Shown here: in pieces, positions 13,907 to 27,400 of the stretch | Layout: each line of letters begins with the position of its first letter | How positions within the stretch are numbered: the first letter of the stretch is position 1 | Program-made: the position numbers and the translations under genes | Source of the DNA: Mustelus asterias | Taxonomy: Eukaryota | Direction: 5' to 3' | Assembly (NCBI RefSeq): GCF_964213995.1 | Contig: NC_135829.1 | Location: forward strand, 17,670,001 to 17,734,000 | DNA length: 64,000 bases | The notes under the pieces: model-generated | Seen by the model: the letters and a program-made list of their open reading frames with translations, nothing else | Databases searched by the model: none | Told to the model about the DNA's origin: nothing

Positions 13907-14989
13907 CCCATTGATGTAGACAGGGGCATGTTCTCCACTACACTTCCTAAGTCGATGACAATCTCTTTCATTTTGTTGACATTGAAGGAGAGATTATTGT
14001 CGTTGCACCAGCTCACCAGATTCTCTAACTCATTGCTGTACTCTGTTTCATCATTATTTGAGATCTGACCCACAAATTTGAAAAAACTTGTGGGAGTGTA
14101 TGGCGATTTTCCAGGAGGCTTCCCTCTGGTGCTATGTGTTGAGCTGAACTCAGCCAATACAAAGACTTGCAAACGACACTATGCAGTGAGGTTCTTCATT
14201 GATCAATACACATCGGGAGAGAAACAGCCGGAAGATTCCAACTCCTCTCTGATGTTACAGTATCTGTGCAAAACAGATACTCTCTTCCTTTTCAAAGGTT
14301 CGATTCTCCTGTCCAACCTGTCATCCAAACTGGATGATCCAATTGCATTAATACACACTATTTACCTTGGCCAATAGCACTCTACCTTCTCGCAGAATTG
14401 GGAATTAATTGGTCAATCGGACCTGAAAATTCTTACCCACCATTGCCTAGTAACCTTACCTATGCAAATCCAGTAGGTTCAAGGATTGCCCTCACTACCT
14501 GCAAACCATGGGAATGGAGAGGGAGTCATTTCCTTCTGTCTGTTAGCTACCCCTTATCAGTAGAAACTGAATATTTCTAATCACTGCAACCAGAAGCTAA
14601 ATGCCTCCATTTAATTTAAAACCTTGGTACCTTGAAGCCGTAGGGTCTCCTATTGATAATCGAGAATATATTCTGTACCTTATTGTTTCCAAAGAATGTG
14701 GCCTGCCTTGTTCTGCTCATTTCCCATTATGCTTTGGGGCAGGCTGCATCTTGGCTAAAGCTTACAAGACATTTAAAAATACATTTTAAATCTACAATAC
14801 ATGTTCAAAATTCTCTACCAATGATTATATATGTGTCTATACAGACAATACCTTCGCATTACATGTATATATATGATGTACTTTGTGATTCCTTATGGTA
14901 TATGATTCCTTATGATCCCTATTCTAAACTAGTCTACTTTGTTTTAATAGTGTTCAAAATCCCAGGGGTTTCTGTACCCCCTTCTACAG

Positions 14990-15680
14990 GGAGTCACTGC
15001 AGCAATTTGGTGTTTGTTGCCCACTCCTAGTTGTTGTGGAGAAATTGATGGAGAATCTTTTCCTTGAGCCACTGCAGTCCATCTGGCATAGGTGGACCCA
15101 CAGTGCTGTTAGGGATGGAGTTCCGGGAATTTGACCCAGCGACAGTGAAGGAACGGCAATATATTTCCAAGTCAGGATGGAAAGCGGTTTGGAGCAGAAT
15201 TTATAGGTGGTGTTCCCATGCATCTACTATCCTTGCCCATCTAGATAAAGAGAGTTACAGATTTGGGAAGCGCTGCTGAAGATGCCTTGGCATTTTAGTG
15301 CAGCACATCTTATAGATCATATTCACTGCCACCACTCTGTACCAGTGTTGGAGATAGTGAATGGTAAGGTAATGGATGGGATGATGTTGGGTCTACACTC
15401 ATCCAGCATGTGGGAGTATTCCATCAGATTAACTTGTATCTTGTAGATGTTTAGGAATCAGGATGTGTGTTACTCAATACAAAATTCTCAGTCTCTGTCT
15501 CCTGTGGCCACAGTGTTTATAAGGCTAGTCCAGCTAAGTTTCTAGCCACCCCCTGCTCTTCTTCCACCACTACTCTGCCCCCTCAAAAAATATTGATGGT
15601 GAGGCACTCTGGGATGGTAATGCGATAGTGAGGTGAACAGGTTAGATTCCCTCTTTATGGAGATATTCATTGCCTGATAC
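14990..15680 (-). mobile_element. Old LINE 3' fragment (same family as 34080-36230 and 46350-47270)
   Basis: Shared block ttgacccagcgacagtgaaggaacggcaatatatttccaagtcagg. Confidence 0.6.
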
Positions 15681-16234
15681 ACATATTATTCACTCATAAC
15701 TCAGTTCATCATTTTGTTTAAATTTCAAAACAATCTTTAATCAATTACTTCCCGACAGCTGAGTTTACAGTTTACGTATCACACAGCAGCAATGCATTGT
15801 TCTGGAGTCCTGCCAGGGTGATGGTGGAAGTTGGGATGAAATTGGTCTTCTCGCAGTGTGAAACTCTCAGCGAATCAACACTTGGCCAAATTTTCATTTC
15901 AGTCAAAGTCAAAACTGACTTTGGCCGATTTCAGCCCCAAACGTATAACTGACACATTCTTCAACTGTGGGATCCCACATTCTGTGTCGGTGAGATTGGA
16001 AACTCAGAATGAGTCGGTCTCTTTGTTTATGTGATGGTATCCACGTAGCCTCGGAACAAGTTGTGAAAACCAAGGAGCCGCTGCCAGTGATTCGATACCA
16101 AAAAGGTTTGTCTGCACAAAGTTCTGCATCTCAAACAGTTTTGATGTTACAGTCAGAGTACGCACACTTGCACCCGAGAGGGTGGGGGCGCTCTTGTGTT
16201 CTGCATGGTTTTCCTTCTCTGGAAACGGATGAAT

Positions 16235-16560
16235 AAAAAGAAGACCTGCATTTATAAGCGCCATTCACGACCTCAAGACATCCCAAGATCTTTACCATAT
16301 ATGAAGTAGTTTGGAAGTGTAATCATTAACATAATGCAGGAAATACAGCAACCAATTTCACACAGCAAGTTCCCACAAGCAGCAATCTGATAATGTCCAG
16401 ATAAAAATTGAGCCTTGAAAATAGTGCTATAGTGCTTTAGGCCATCTGACAGAGCTTTAATGTTTTATCCAGAAGATAGTGCCTTTAACAAGGCAGCACT
16501 CCCTTGGTATTGCACTGAAGCAGCTGCCTAGATTATGTGCTCAAATTTTGGATTGTCATT
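16235..16560 (-). mobile_element. Old SINE, DeuSINE/SacSINE-like
   Basis: Similar to 47560-48015 and 59530-59850 (tail ..tataaatgcaggtc..). Confidence 0.5.
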
Positions 16561-16855
16561 CAAATTTCCTGAAACCCATTTTCAACTTGTGAGGAGTGTG
16601 AATCTATAAAATCACCTCTACGCGCCCCTGGATTCAGCATGGTTCCAACAACAATTGTTAGTTCTAATGTTTAAAGAGCTTCTCCAGTGATAACGGTTGG
16701 TTTGATTTTCCATTTCCTATACCAGCATTCATTCCCCCCCCTACCCCACCCCACCTGAGGCGAATCACTGTAAGGCCATGTGGACTGGCCTGGGGGCAAA
16801 CTCATTTCCTGTAACGATGCTATGAGTAGTGGACAGAGCAAACTATCACCTAGAC

Positions 16856-17610
16856 CAGGGTTTTTCAAAGTGGGGGTCGTGACCCACACATGGGTCGCGG
16901 AGATGTTGAAAATGTGTCGGTGGGTATCCGGTTTTTAAAAACTCTGTTTTCTGGTCCTTTTCAAAAGAAAAGAGGGATGTTCTGTGATCATAGAATCCCT
17001 ACAGTACAGAAATAGGCCATTTCGCCCATCAAACCTGCACCAACAACAATCCCACCAGGCCCTAGCGTAACACCAGGTATTTAACCCGCTAGTCCCCCTG
17101 ACACACTAAGGGGCAATTTACCATGGCCAATCAACCTAACACGCACATCTTTGGATTGTGGGAGGAAACCAGAACACCCAGAAGAAACCCACGCAGATGT
17201 GGGGAGAACATGTAGACTCCACACAGCCAGTCACTCGAGGCCGGAATTGAACGCGGGTTCTTGGTGCTGTGAGGCAGCAGTGCTATCTGCTGTGCCACCG
17301 TGCAGATCCAGTTCAAAACGTGTTGAGGTGTTCTGTTTATAGTGCACATTTTGTAGAAGGCGGTATGACGATGAGGATCTCTTGACTCAGATGATGACAT
17401 AGCCAACATGAAGAGGAAAAGCTTAGTATTGCCTGATATAATTCATGAGTACTTTATGAAAGGGAAAGATTAGGTGTATTGTTAAATGTACAGTAATTTC
17501 CATTTAGACTGTGACTGTAGCAGCAGCAATGCAGCTTGCCTGGCCAGTGGGTCATGAGGAGCAGCCATTTTGTAAAAGTGGGTCGCAAAAACAAAGTTTG
17601 CAAACCACTG
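16856..17610. mobile_element. hAT (Charlie-like) non-autonomous element with a nested HE1-like SINE (about 16990-17302, minus)
   Basis: TIRs cagggtttttcaaa / tttgcaaaccactg; decayed 8-bp TSD acctagac/gcgtagac. Confidence 0.65.
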
Positions 17611-18196
17611 GCGTAGACGTTTTGGATTGCGTTTAAGCCCAGGTGCCAGAGATGAAGGGTGAAAGGATATGGTGCTAAAACCACCATCAGTGCAGCATAA
17701 ACTGGCACAGAAAGGTCAGGTGATACAGGATAAGCATTGGGGCTTTTTCTGTGCTTGAGTTCCATGCAGGTGCTGAGTGGAGGAAACTGACTCCGTACCA
17801 GTCACACTCTGTACCAGTCCTGGGCCTGCGGAATACTGACAATGGAGCATAGAAATTGGATCGGGTGTAGCACAAACTGCGCATACCCGAATAGGCTGCT
17901 GGCAAGACGACAGTGAATTGGACCCCTTGCCTCATTTAATTATTCATAGCAGCCTGTGGATCTCTGTCACAATCTCAAAGGCAGATTATCAGTCACAGAA
18001 GGATGGAGCAATGGGACATGACGGAATTGTGGGATGGGGGTGCGGGAGAGGGAGTTTAGGAGATGGGTTTAGGAGATGTCTGCAGTGGGAAAGTGTTTGA
18101 TATCTAGCTCTGAGCATAAGTGTAAAATATTTATAAATTTGGGAAAAAACTTGTACTCTATGAACTTAAACACCTCCTTTCTACAATCGATTAGAC

Positions 18197-18447
18197 TCAG
18201 TTGTCCTCCATTTTAGAATAAATCGGATTTTCTTCCATTTCTAGCGGGCAATGCTTTGGGTCATTTTCCTCCAGGCGGGGCTGTGTCACCGTGTTTCCAA
18301 GACTCTCAGTCCCAGGGTAGCTGATCAAAGAGTAAGTCTGGTCATTGGATGAAGCAATGGGATCTTCCTCTTTCAGCGATGTGTGGTCTTTGGGCTCAAT
18401 GGCTGAAGAGCTTTCAACCTGACTCCCATGGTTCAGGTGATCTTTGC
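18197..18447 (-). CDS. Gene A exon 10 (terminal), QTYSLI and ENPIYSKM motifs, TGA stop
   Basis: Acceptor ctctcttaatatctag|; open frame of 83 codons including the stop at 18199-18197; missed by the ORF track. Confidence 0.8.
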
Positions 18448-21400
18448 CTAGATATTAAGAGAGATTGTGTTTAATGAGGATTAGCAGCAATCGGGGACAA
18501 ACAATTATAGCGGACTGTTTCACTACATGGGATAAATGTTCAGGAGTTTTAGAGCAGTTACAGGGTTGGATTATATTGAAAGAATGAAACCACTTACATT
18601 TCCCTCCCTGGGTTTCAGTTTTGTCTCCATTACTTAGGAAAATAGAAAATGAAACAGTAAAAATTGAGTCACAAAAGATTCAAACAATATTAAACAGCTC
18701 CAAGTGGAGACTTGATTCAACCATTTTTTCCATGGGATCTGGATTTGAATCTAGCCCAGACTGAAATTCTCTCATTCATATTGTTTCTCTCATTGTTCTT
18801 CTTATCTCTCTGATCCTCCCTGTCTGTCCTTCACATTGTCTCTCTGATCCTCCCTCCCTCCCTGTGTGTATCTCTCCTTGTCTTTCTGTGTCTCTCTCAT
18901 TGACTCCATCACGAGGATGACCAACGCCCAGTGCAAGGGGTGGGTGTGCCTCTAAACCTCAGTGGGGTGGGGTGGGGTGAACTACACACAATCCATTCAG
19001 CTACAGGAGGACCCAAAACCAGGCCAGGCCAAATGCATGCTCAGAAACGACCTGTAAAAGAAGAAACTGGGGACAAAAGACGTCCCAGGAAGGCCTGAGC
19101 CACAGGGACACAGGGTGAAAGGCCAACCTACGGGACAGTCCTGAAAATGCAGGATGGTTGGTCAGCCTGGTCAGGATTCTCCAGCTCTGCCCATGGCAGG
19201 AAACATCACGGGTAGGACGGAAAATTTGACGGACCAGCAAAAGGTCCATTGACTTAGAGTGGAACAAGTGGTGGCAGAGGCTGGGGATTGGATGGGTAGA
19301 AGAACAAAAGAGAAGTTCTGTCATTGAAGGAAGGATAGGCGAGATTAAATGACGAAAGGTTCCAGGGTAAAAAGTCAAAAGTCGTGGTAAAGGGACGTAA
19401 AGAAACAAAAGCTGTGTCTAGAAGAGGTGTGAATGACAGGAAAGCAACCATCTGAATGTAAAGTAAAGAAACTGAGAAAGAAGTAAGGGAAAAACAAACA
19501 AAGCTTCAAAAAGAAAGATGCAAAACAAAATGAGGGCAGAGATTATCATTTAAAATTGTTGCCCAGAAGACTGTAAAGTTGAAATTGAGGTGCGGTTCCT
19601 TGTACTTGTATTGAATTTCATTGGAACTTTGCCACAAGCCAAGGACAGAGCAAGGTGGAGAATTAAAATGTCAAGTAACTGGGAGCGTGGGGTCACGCTC
19701 ACGGACTGAATTGGAGTGTTCCACAAAATGGTCACCCAGTCTGTACTTAGTCTCCCCAAAGTAGAGGAGGCAATGTAATAAGCAGCAAATACAAAAACTA
19801 ACTACATTTTGTAAAAACGGGTAAATCGCTGTTCCACTTGGAATGAGTGTTTGGGGCCTTGAATGGTGAGAAAGGAGGAGATAGAAGGTCACAAGTTGTA
19901 TCTCTCATTCTTGCACTGAAAGGGAGTGTTGGGGGTAACCAAGGGGTGAGCCAGGTTCTTGTGAAGGGAACAGTCTCTTTAGAGTGCTGAAAGGGGAGGG
20001 GATGGGTAGATGTGTTTGGTGATTGGAGGTAGTGGCAATGGAGGACCATCCATTGACTATGGAGACTGGTGGGGTGGGAGATGAGGATATGGGATTCTGA
20101 AAGGAAGGGGAAGGGGAGGGAGCAGAAGTGCAGGCAAAAGTACAAACAGGGCCAAGTACCTTGCTGTGGTGAACCATTGTTGGTTCCCACCAGGTAGTGC
20201 TGAGCCATGGTCTGACCAGTACTATGAGTCTGTATATATGTTACTGTTGGGGTTAGGGTTGGGCTGTTCTACCTGTTAATATTGTTGTTATGGTACACCC
20301 CAGTCGGCTCCGCCTCCTGGGAGAGGTATAAAGGTCACTGCTCTGCCTGGTGACCCTTTAGTCTGGGATCGTGTACTGTATATGGTAGCTCTGTTATTGT
20401 TGGCAATAAAAGCCTTTATTTCCCGAGTACATCACGCCTCTCGTGTGTTATATCACGCATCAATTTTCTTGCCAACAAGTAAATTCTTTTTTTTTGAAAA
20501 AAAAAACGACGAAGAAAACATGGAGCAAATGCTTAAATCCGAACGGTTTACGTTGGACCCACGTGCGGCGGGCGCTTCGAACACTTTCGACCACTGGTTG
20601 AAGTGTTTCCAGGATTACCTCGACGCCTCCACAGCGGTCAATGACGACGCCGACAGACTCCGGGTCCTCCACGCGAGGGTAAGCGACGCTGTATACCTGG
20701 TGATCCGTGGGGCCGCCGACTACAAAGGGGCCCTCGAGCTTCTCAAGAAGCGATACAACAAACCGCCGAACGAGATGCATGCTCGATATCTTCTAGCCAC
20801 TCGACGGCGGCAGCCCGGCGAAACGACGGAACAGTACGCGTGCGAGCTTCAACAGCTAGCCAGAGCCTGCAACTGCAAGGCAGTGTCGGCAGACCAGTAC
20901 ATGAACGACCTAGCTCGAGATGCGTTCGTGGCGGGAATCGGCTCGTCGTACATCCGTCTTCGCATGTTGGAGCAAGGTAACCTCGATCTCACTAAATCCA
21001 TAGAGTTAGCTGACGCTCTAGAAACGGCCTCCAAAAGTCTGGCGATGTACCCCGACGACCACGTGGAGACAGCGTGGCAGGGGCAGTCGCAGACTCCACT
21101 TCATTCAGCGGGACCGAAAAACTGCGCGATCGCGTTCCCAGCCTCGGACCTGACGACGGCAGCAGCTCCAGGTGGCCCACGGTGTTACTTCTGTCGGGGG
21201 GTGAAACACCCTCGGCAGCGATGTCCAGCTAAAGCGGTGTTGTGCTCCGGCTGCGGCAAGAAGGGGCACTATTCCAAGGTATGCCGGTCCAAACTTCCAT
21301 CCAAGAACAGCAGTGCGGCGTGTGACTCCCCAGAGCCGGCCTCCTTGTCTTCTGCATCTTCAAGGTCTTCCGCAACGTGCGATTCCAGGACGTCGCCATT

Positions 21401-24400
21401 CCGGACGACGGAGTCGCAAGACACGTGCGACCTGCAGGGGCCGCAGGTTTTGGCGCCATCATCCACATGCAACCTATGGGGTCAGCCATTTTGGTCGGCA
21501 CCGACCGCAAATGACCAGCAGGGGTCGTCATCAACCATCTCAGCCACCTGCAGTTGCGCCCACGAACCAACGGTGGCGTCGATCATCCTGGACCAGGCCA
21601 AGCCTCACAGACTCGACAAGTCCATGATGGACATACAGGTAAACAAATGCCCGATTTATTGTTTGTTTGACAGCGGGAGCACGGAGAGCTTCATTCACCC
21701 TGACACCGTGAAGGGGTGTGGTCTCCAGATTCGGACTGTCAAGCAGACAATTTCGATGGCGTCAAGGTCCCGGTCTGTCACTGTGCTAGGGAGCTGCGTG
21801 GTAAATCTGACGGTGCAGGACACAGTCTACGAGAACTTCAAGCTCCTTGTGTTACCGCACCTTTGCGCGCCAATACTCCTAGGACTAGATTTTATGGTCC
21901 ACTTAAAGAGTGTAACCCTGCAGTACGGTGGGCCACTCCCTCCGCTTTCAGTGGGAGACCCGCAGCCTCTAAATTGCCCAACGCGCTCCACATGTAGTCT
22001 CTCAACGCTTAGGATTACCACACCCTCCCTATTCCAGAATCTTGTGCCAGGCTGCAAGCCCATCGCAACAAAGAGCAGGCGTTACAGCGCTGAAGATCGG
22101 ATCTTCATTCGATCTGAAGATCAGCGGCTCCTCAAGGAAGGGATCATCCAACCTAGCGCTAGTCCTTGGAGAGCGCAAGTCGTGGTGGTTAAGAATGGGA
22201 ACAAACCCCAGATGGTCATAGACTATAGTCAGACCATTAACAGATACACGCAGCTGGATGCGTATCCCCTCCCGCGCATATCTGACATGGTCAATCAGAT
22301 TGCGCAGTACCGGGTGTTCTCCACCATCGACTTAAAATCTGCTTACCACCAACTCCCCATTCGCCCAGAGGACCGACAATACACGGCCTTTGAGGCGGAT
22401 GGTCGCCTGTATCAATTTTTAAGGGTTCCTTTTGGTGTCACGAATGGGGTCTCGGTCTTCCAGCGTGCTATGGACCGAATGGTGGACCAGAACGGACTGC
22501 GGGCTACCTTCCCGTACCTGGACAACGTCACCATCTGCGGCCATGACCAGCAGGACCACGATACCAACCTTCTTAGATTCTTATGCACTGCATCTCGCCT
22601 GAATCTGACCTACAACAGGGAGAAGTGTGCATTCCGCACGCGCCGCCTAGCTATCCTTGGATACGTGGTGGAAAATGGGGTCCTTGGCCCTGATCCAGAC
22701 CGTATGCGTCCCCTCCTCGAACTTCCCCTGCCCACTAGCGTCAAAGCACTGAGAAGATGCTTCGGCTTCTTCTCATACTACGCACAGTGGGTTCCCAATT
22801 ACGCGGACAAAGCCCGTCCGCTCATCAAGTCTACCTCTTTTCCCCTAGCAACAGAGGCTCGATTAGCCTTTGCAAGAATAAAAGCCAACATCGTGAAAGC
22901 CACGATGCACGCTATCGATGAGTCCATCCCCTTCCAGGTGGAGAGTGATGCATCTGATTTCGCCCTGGCCGCCACACTTAACCAGGCGGGCAGGCCCGTC
23001 GCCTTTTTCTCTCGCACCCTCCAAGGCCCTGAAATTCGACATTCGGTGGTGGAAAAGGAGGCCCAGGCCATTGTGGAGGCCGTTCGGCATTGGCGCCATT
23101 ACTTGGCGGGCAAACGGTTCACTCTGCTCACGGACCAGCGGTCCGTGGCGTTCATGTTCAACAACACGTTACGGGGTAAGATCAAGAATGATAAGATCTT
23201 GAGGTGGAGAATCGAACTCTCCACCTACAATTATGATATCATGTATCGTCCAGGGAATCTCAACGAGCCCTCGGATGCCCTGTCGCGCTAGTATGCAGGA
23301 GAATCGATTGCAGGCTCTCCACAATGACCTCTGCCATCCGGGGGTCACTCGGCTCTACCACTTCATAAAAGCCCGGAATCTACCCTACTCGGTGGAGGAT
23401 GTCAGGTCCATAACCAGAAGCTGCCGGGTATGTGCGGAATGCAAACCGCACTTCTACCGACCTGACAGGGCACAACTCGTTAAGGCCACTCGTCCCTTCG
23501 AAAGACTGAGTGTGGACTTAAAGGGCCCCCTTCCCTCGACAGATCGGAACGTGTACTTCCTCAATGTGGTTGATGAGTACTCACGATTCCCTTTTGTCAT
23601 TCCCTGTTCTGATATGACCGCTGCCACGGTTATCAAGGCATTCCGTGATCTTTTCACCCTGTTCGGTTACCCCTGTTACATCCACAGCGATAGGGGCTCG
23701 TCGTTCATGAGCGATGACTTGAGGCAATACCTGCTCTCATATGGGATTGCCTCTAGTAGAACCACGAGCTACAACCCAAGGGGTAACGGACAGGTCGAAC
23801 GAGAGAATGCTACAGTCTGGAAGGCTGTCTTATTGGCGTTGAGGTCTAAAGGTCTTCCAGTCTCTCGTTGGCAAGAGGTACTCCCTGATGCGCTCCACTC
23901 CATACGCTCACTCCTGTGTACGGCAACCAACGCTACTCCTCATGAGAGAATGTTTTCATTCCTTAGGAAGTCTTCCTCTGGGACCTCATTACCGTCTTGG
24001 TTGACGTACTCAGGACCTGTCCTCCTGCGGCGGCATGTTAGGACCCGCAAGTCCGACCCTTTGGTTGAACAGGTCCATCTCCTCCACGCCGACCCTCAGT
24101 ATGCCTACGTGGCATATCCTGGCGGGCGAGAGGACACGGTCTCGATTCGAGATCTGGCGCCAGCAGGGGGCTTGGAAACCCCTGTCGCTCCCACATCTAC
24201 TGTTACGGACCCCCCAACCATTATTTCCCCTCCTGACACGGCGCGGGCAGTATCGGGACCACCACTTAACCCTCTTACTCCCATGTACAGCTTGCCTGAG
24301 TCCAGGAGATGGTCGCCACTTCAAGGCGTGCCCGAGTTCAGCGGATTGTCACCACCTCGGGGTCTACCGGCTCGTGAGGCACTGGAGGAGTCGCTGGACA

Positions 24401-27400
24401 TCGCCTTGGAGAGAACGTCACCGCGATTGCCTGAACCGGTGTTATCGCCGGTGTTGAGGAGGACACAACGATGGTGCAGTCCCCCTGACCGTTTGAACTT
24501 ATAGACAAATGGACTATTTTTCTGTGCTTTGTACCCCGCCGGCCTTTGTTTTCAAAGGAGGGGTGAATGTGGTGAACCATTGTTGGTTCCCACCAGGTAG
24601 TGCTGAGCCATGGTCTGACCAGTACTATGAGTCTGTATATATGTTACTGTTGGGGTTAGGGTTGGGCTGTTCTACCTGTTAATATTGTTGTTATGGTACA
24701 CCCCAGTCGGCTCCGCCTCCTGGGAGAGGTATAAAGGTCACTGCTCTGCCTGGTGACCCTTTAGTCTGGGATCGTGTACTGTATATGGTAGCTCTGTTAT
24801 TGTTGGCAATAAAAGCCTTTATTTCCCGAGTACATCCAGCCTCTCGTGTGTTATATCGCGCATCACTTGCCAACCACTGTGGGACATGAGAATAGGAAGG
24901 AAGGTGCAAGCATGATGAAATCCTCGGCTGAGGGAAAAGGAAGGCATATCAAAAATGCTTATATTAAACATCAGCTTCTTCAAAAAATGAGATGGCAATG
25001 GAGAACATGGGAAAATGAACTAGAATCTTTACATGAAATGGAGTGGGAGAAAATGTAGTTAGATAATTGTCAAGTCTGTGTGAATATTGGCATCCCCAGA
25101 AATTGAGTCAGCAAAGTCAAGGAAGGGAAGCAAAGAGTCAGAGACGGACCAAGTGAAAATGAGAGAAGGGTGGAAATTGGATGCAAAGCCAATGACAATT
25201 CAGAGAGCAGGGTGAGACCTGGAAATGTTGCTGACATTGTTATCAATGTACAAGAAAAAGAGATGAGGGAGAAAGCCTAAGGAGGATGGGAGTAAAGATT
25301 ATTTCACATTGATTCTCTCACTATCTCTTTACCTGGCTCTCTCTTGCCCAGTTTCTTTGTTTAATTCTCTCTCTCGTTCTGTCTTTATGTCCGTCTCTCT
25401 TTTCTCGCTGTCTCTCTCCCTTTCTCGCTGTCTCTCTCTCTCCCTTTCTCGCTGTCTCTCTCTCTCCCTTTCTCGCTGTCTCTCTCCCTTTCTCGCTATC
25501 TCTCTCACTTTCTCGCTGCCTCTTTCTCGCTGTCTCTCTCACTTTCTCGCTGCCTCTTTCTCGCTGTCTCTCTCCCTTTCTCACTGTCTCTCTCCCTTTC
25601 TCGCTATCTCTCTCCCTTGCTCGCTGTCTCTCTCCCTTGCTCGCTGTCTCTCTCCCTTTCTCGCTGTCTCTCTCTCTTTCTCATTGTCTCTCTCCCTTTC
25701 TCACTGTCTCTCTCCCTTTCTCACTGTCTCTCTCCCCTTCTCACTGTCTCTCTCCCCTTCTCACTGTCTCTCTCCCTTTCTCACTGTCTCTCTCTCCCTT
25801 TCTCACTGTCTCTCTCTCCCTTTCTCACTGTCTCTCTCCCTTTCTCGCTGTCTCTCTCTCTCGCTGTCTCTCTCTCCCTTTCTCGCTGTCTCTCTCCCTT
25901 TCTCGCTGTCTCTCTCTCTCCCTTTCTCACTGCCTCTCTCCCTTTCTCGCTGTCTCTCTCTCTCCCTTTCTTGCTGTCTCTCTCCCTTTCTCGCTATCTC
26001 TCTCCCTTTCTCGCTGTCTCTCTCCCTTTCTCGCTGTCTCTCTCCCTTTCTCGCTATCTCTCTCCCTTTCTCGCTATCTCTCTCCCGTTCTCGCTGTCTC
26101 TCTCACTTTCTCGCTGTCTCTCTCACTTTCTCGCTGTCTCTCTCACTTTCTCGCTGTCTCTCTCACTTTCTCACTTTCTCTCTCCCTTTCTCACTGTCTC
26201 TCTCCCTTTCACACTGTCTCTCTCTCCCTTTCTCGCTGTCTCTCTCCCTTTCTCACTGTCTCTCTCCCTTTCTCACTGTCTCTCTCCCCTTCTCACTCTC
26301 TCTCTCCCCTTCTCACTCTCTCTCTCTCCTTCTCACTCTCTCTCTCCCCTTCTCACTCTTTCTCTCCCTTTCTCGCTGTCTCTCTCCCTTTCTCGCTGTC
26401 TCTCTCCCTTTCTCGCTGTCTCTCTCCCTTTCTCGCTGTCTCTCTCCCTTTCTCACTGTCGCTCCCGTTCTCGCTGTCTCTCCCTTTCTCACTGTCTCCC
26501 TGTAACGTGAGCAGTCCTCTCTGCAATGAGTTTTCACAATCAAGTTCCAATCCAGTTCCTCGCCCAGAACTGTTCATCGTTCAGTAAACCAGTTGGAGTC
26601 AATTGATGATTATGATTAAAATAAACCAAAATATTATTCTGACAAAAGTTTAAAAAAATAACTTCATACAGGGTAAAGAGAGAAGCTATTCTGATGTTGA
26701 GATAATGGGACACTATCAAATCAGGACGTGAGTACTTTACACAATCTCTGGCCATTCTATAGCTGATTTACAATTGTTTGGTTGTGAGATTGGAAGTAAA
26801 ATCAGAACATGGCTTGCATTCTGTGATGGAATAGATTCATATTTTAGGATCTTTATTTAATTCAAGTCTAAACTATTGATAAAATCCCTCTTTCTATCTC
26901 TCCCTCTCGTTCTCTCTCTGTCCATTTGTTTTTCTTTGTCTTTATCACAGTCTCTAACTCTCTCTTTCCCTCCAAGGATCCTTGGTGCAATAAGCTTGAT
27001 TGTCTAGATTCAGAGTGGTAAGAAAGTCCAACAATTTTAGATCATAATTTGCCTTCTCTTGTTTATTTCTTAGCTCCTCTACTTTGCATTCAGATGGTTG
27101 CTTTCTTGCCATTTACACCTCTTCTAGACACATCTTTTGTTTCTTCTATTGTCCAATCACCACTCCCTTTGACTTTTTACCCTAAAAGTTTTGGTCATTT
27201 AATTCTTGCTGCCATGGGGAGTGGTTGAAGCTAACAGTGTAGATACATTTAAGGGGAAGCTGGACAAGTACATGAGGGGGAAGTGAATAGAGGGTTACAA
27301 TGATAGATCAAGACGAGGAAAGATGGGATGAGGCTTTAGTAAAGTATTAAGAGCAGCTGGTTGCCCTGACAGGTCTGTTCCTATGTCACATATCCGATGT

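Larger units (their letters stand above)
11010..14075 (-). mobile_element. Rex1/Babar-type LINE 3' fragment, split by a Penelope insertion
   Basis: ISNNDETEYSNELENLVSWC, HLYFLRRLRKFGMS, (caaat)n-like tail; the halves rejoin across 11690-13906. Confidence 0.85.
10709..14263 (-). pseudogene. Possible decayed D1-like exon of a third paralog, split by Rex1/Penelope insertions (pieces about 14263-14075 and 11005-10709)
   Basis: Acceptor ttttgcacag| and donor |GTAAGA. Cys-rich translation with stops (DNHVDYCC ... CDFCDPTFNLCFILI) loosely resembles exon 2 (DDSMIFTC ... GCENHNLFFVIN). Confidence 0.3.
19250..25300 (-). mobile_element. Old degenerate Penelope-like element interrupted by Gypsy copy 1
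   Basis: GIY-YIG remnant LLYFGETKYRLGDHFVEH at about 19700-19790; purine-rich continuation on both sides of the LTR insertion. Confidence 0.5.

Noticed and set aside
16004-16264. ORF starting MALINAGLLFIHPF as a third leader exon
   Set aside because: Begins within an old SINE tail and has no phase-1 donor at the expected position.
20248-20265. Telomeric TTAGGG in the LTRs
   Set aside because: Single unit only; not an interstitial telomeric array.
20382-20519. Hydrophobic, signal-like N-terminus MVALLLLAIKAF of the 969-aa ORF
   Set aside because: Lies inside the LTR and leader; gag more plausibly starts at ATG 20520. No env-like gene seen.
20464-24874. CTTGCCAAC shared by the copy 1 PBS region and its insertion target
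   Set aside because: A 9-nt match in one copy only; the copy 2 target shows no such match. Likely chance.
25309-26587. Long Leu/Ser-rich ORFs (398, 297, 316 aa)
   Set aside because: Translations of the stop-free CT minisatellite.
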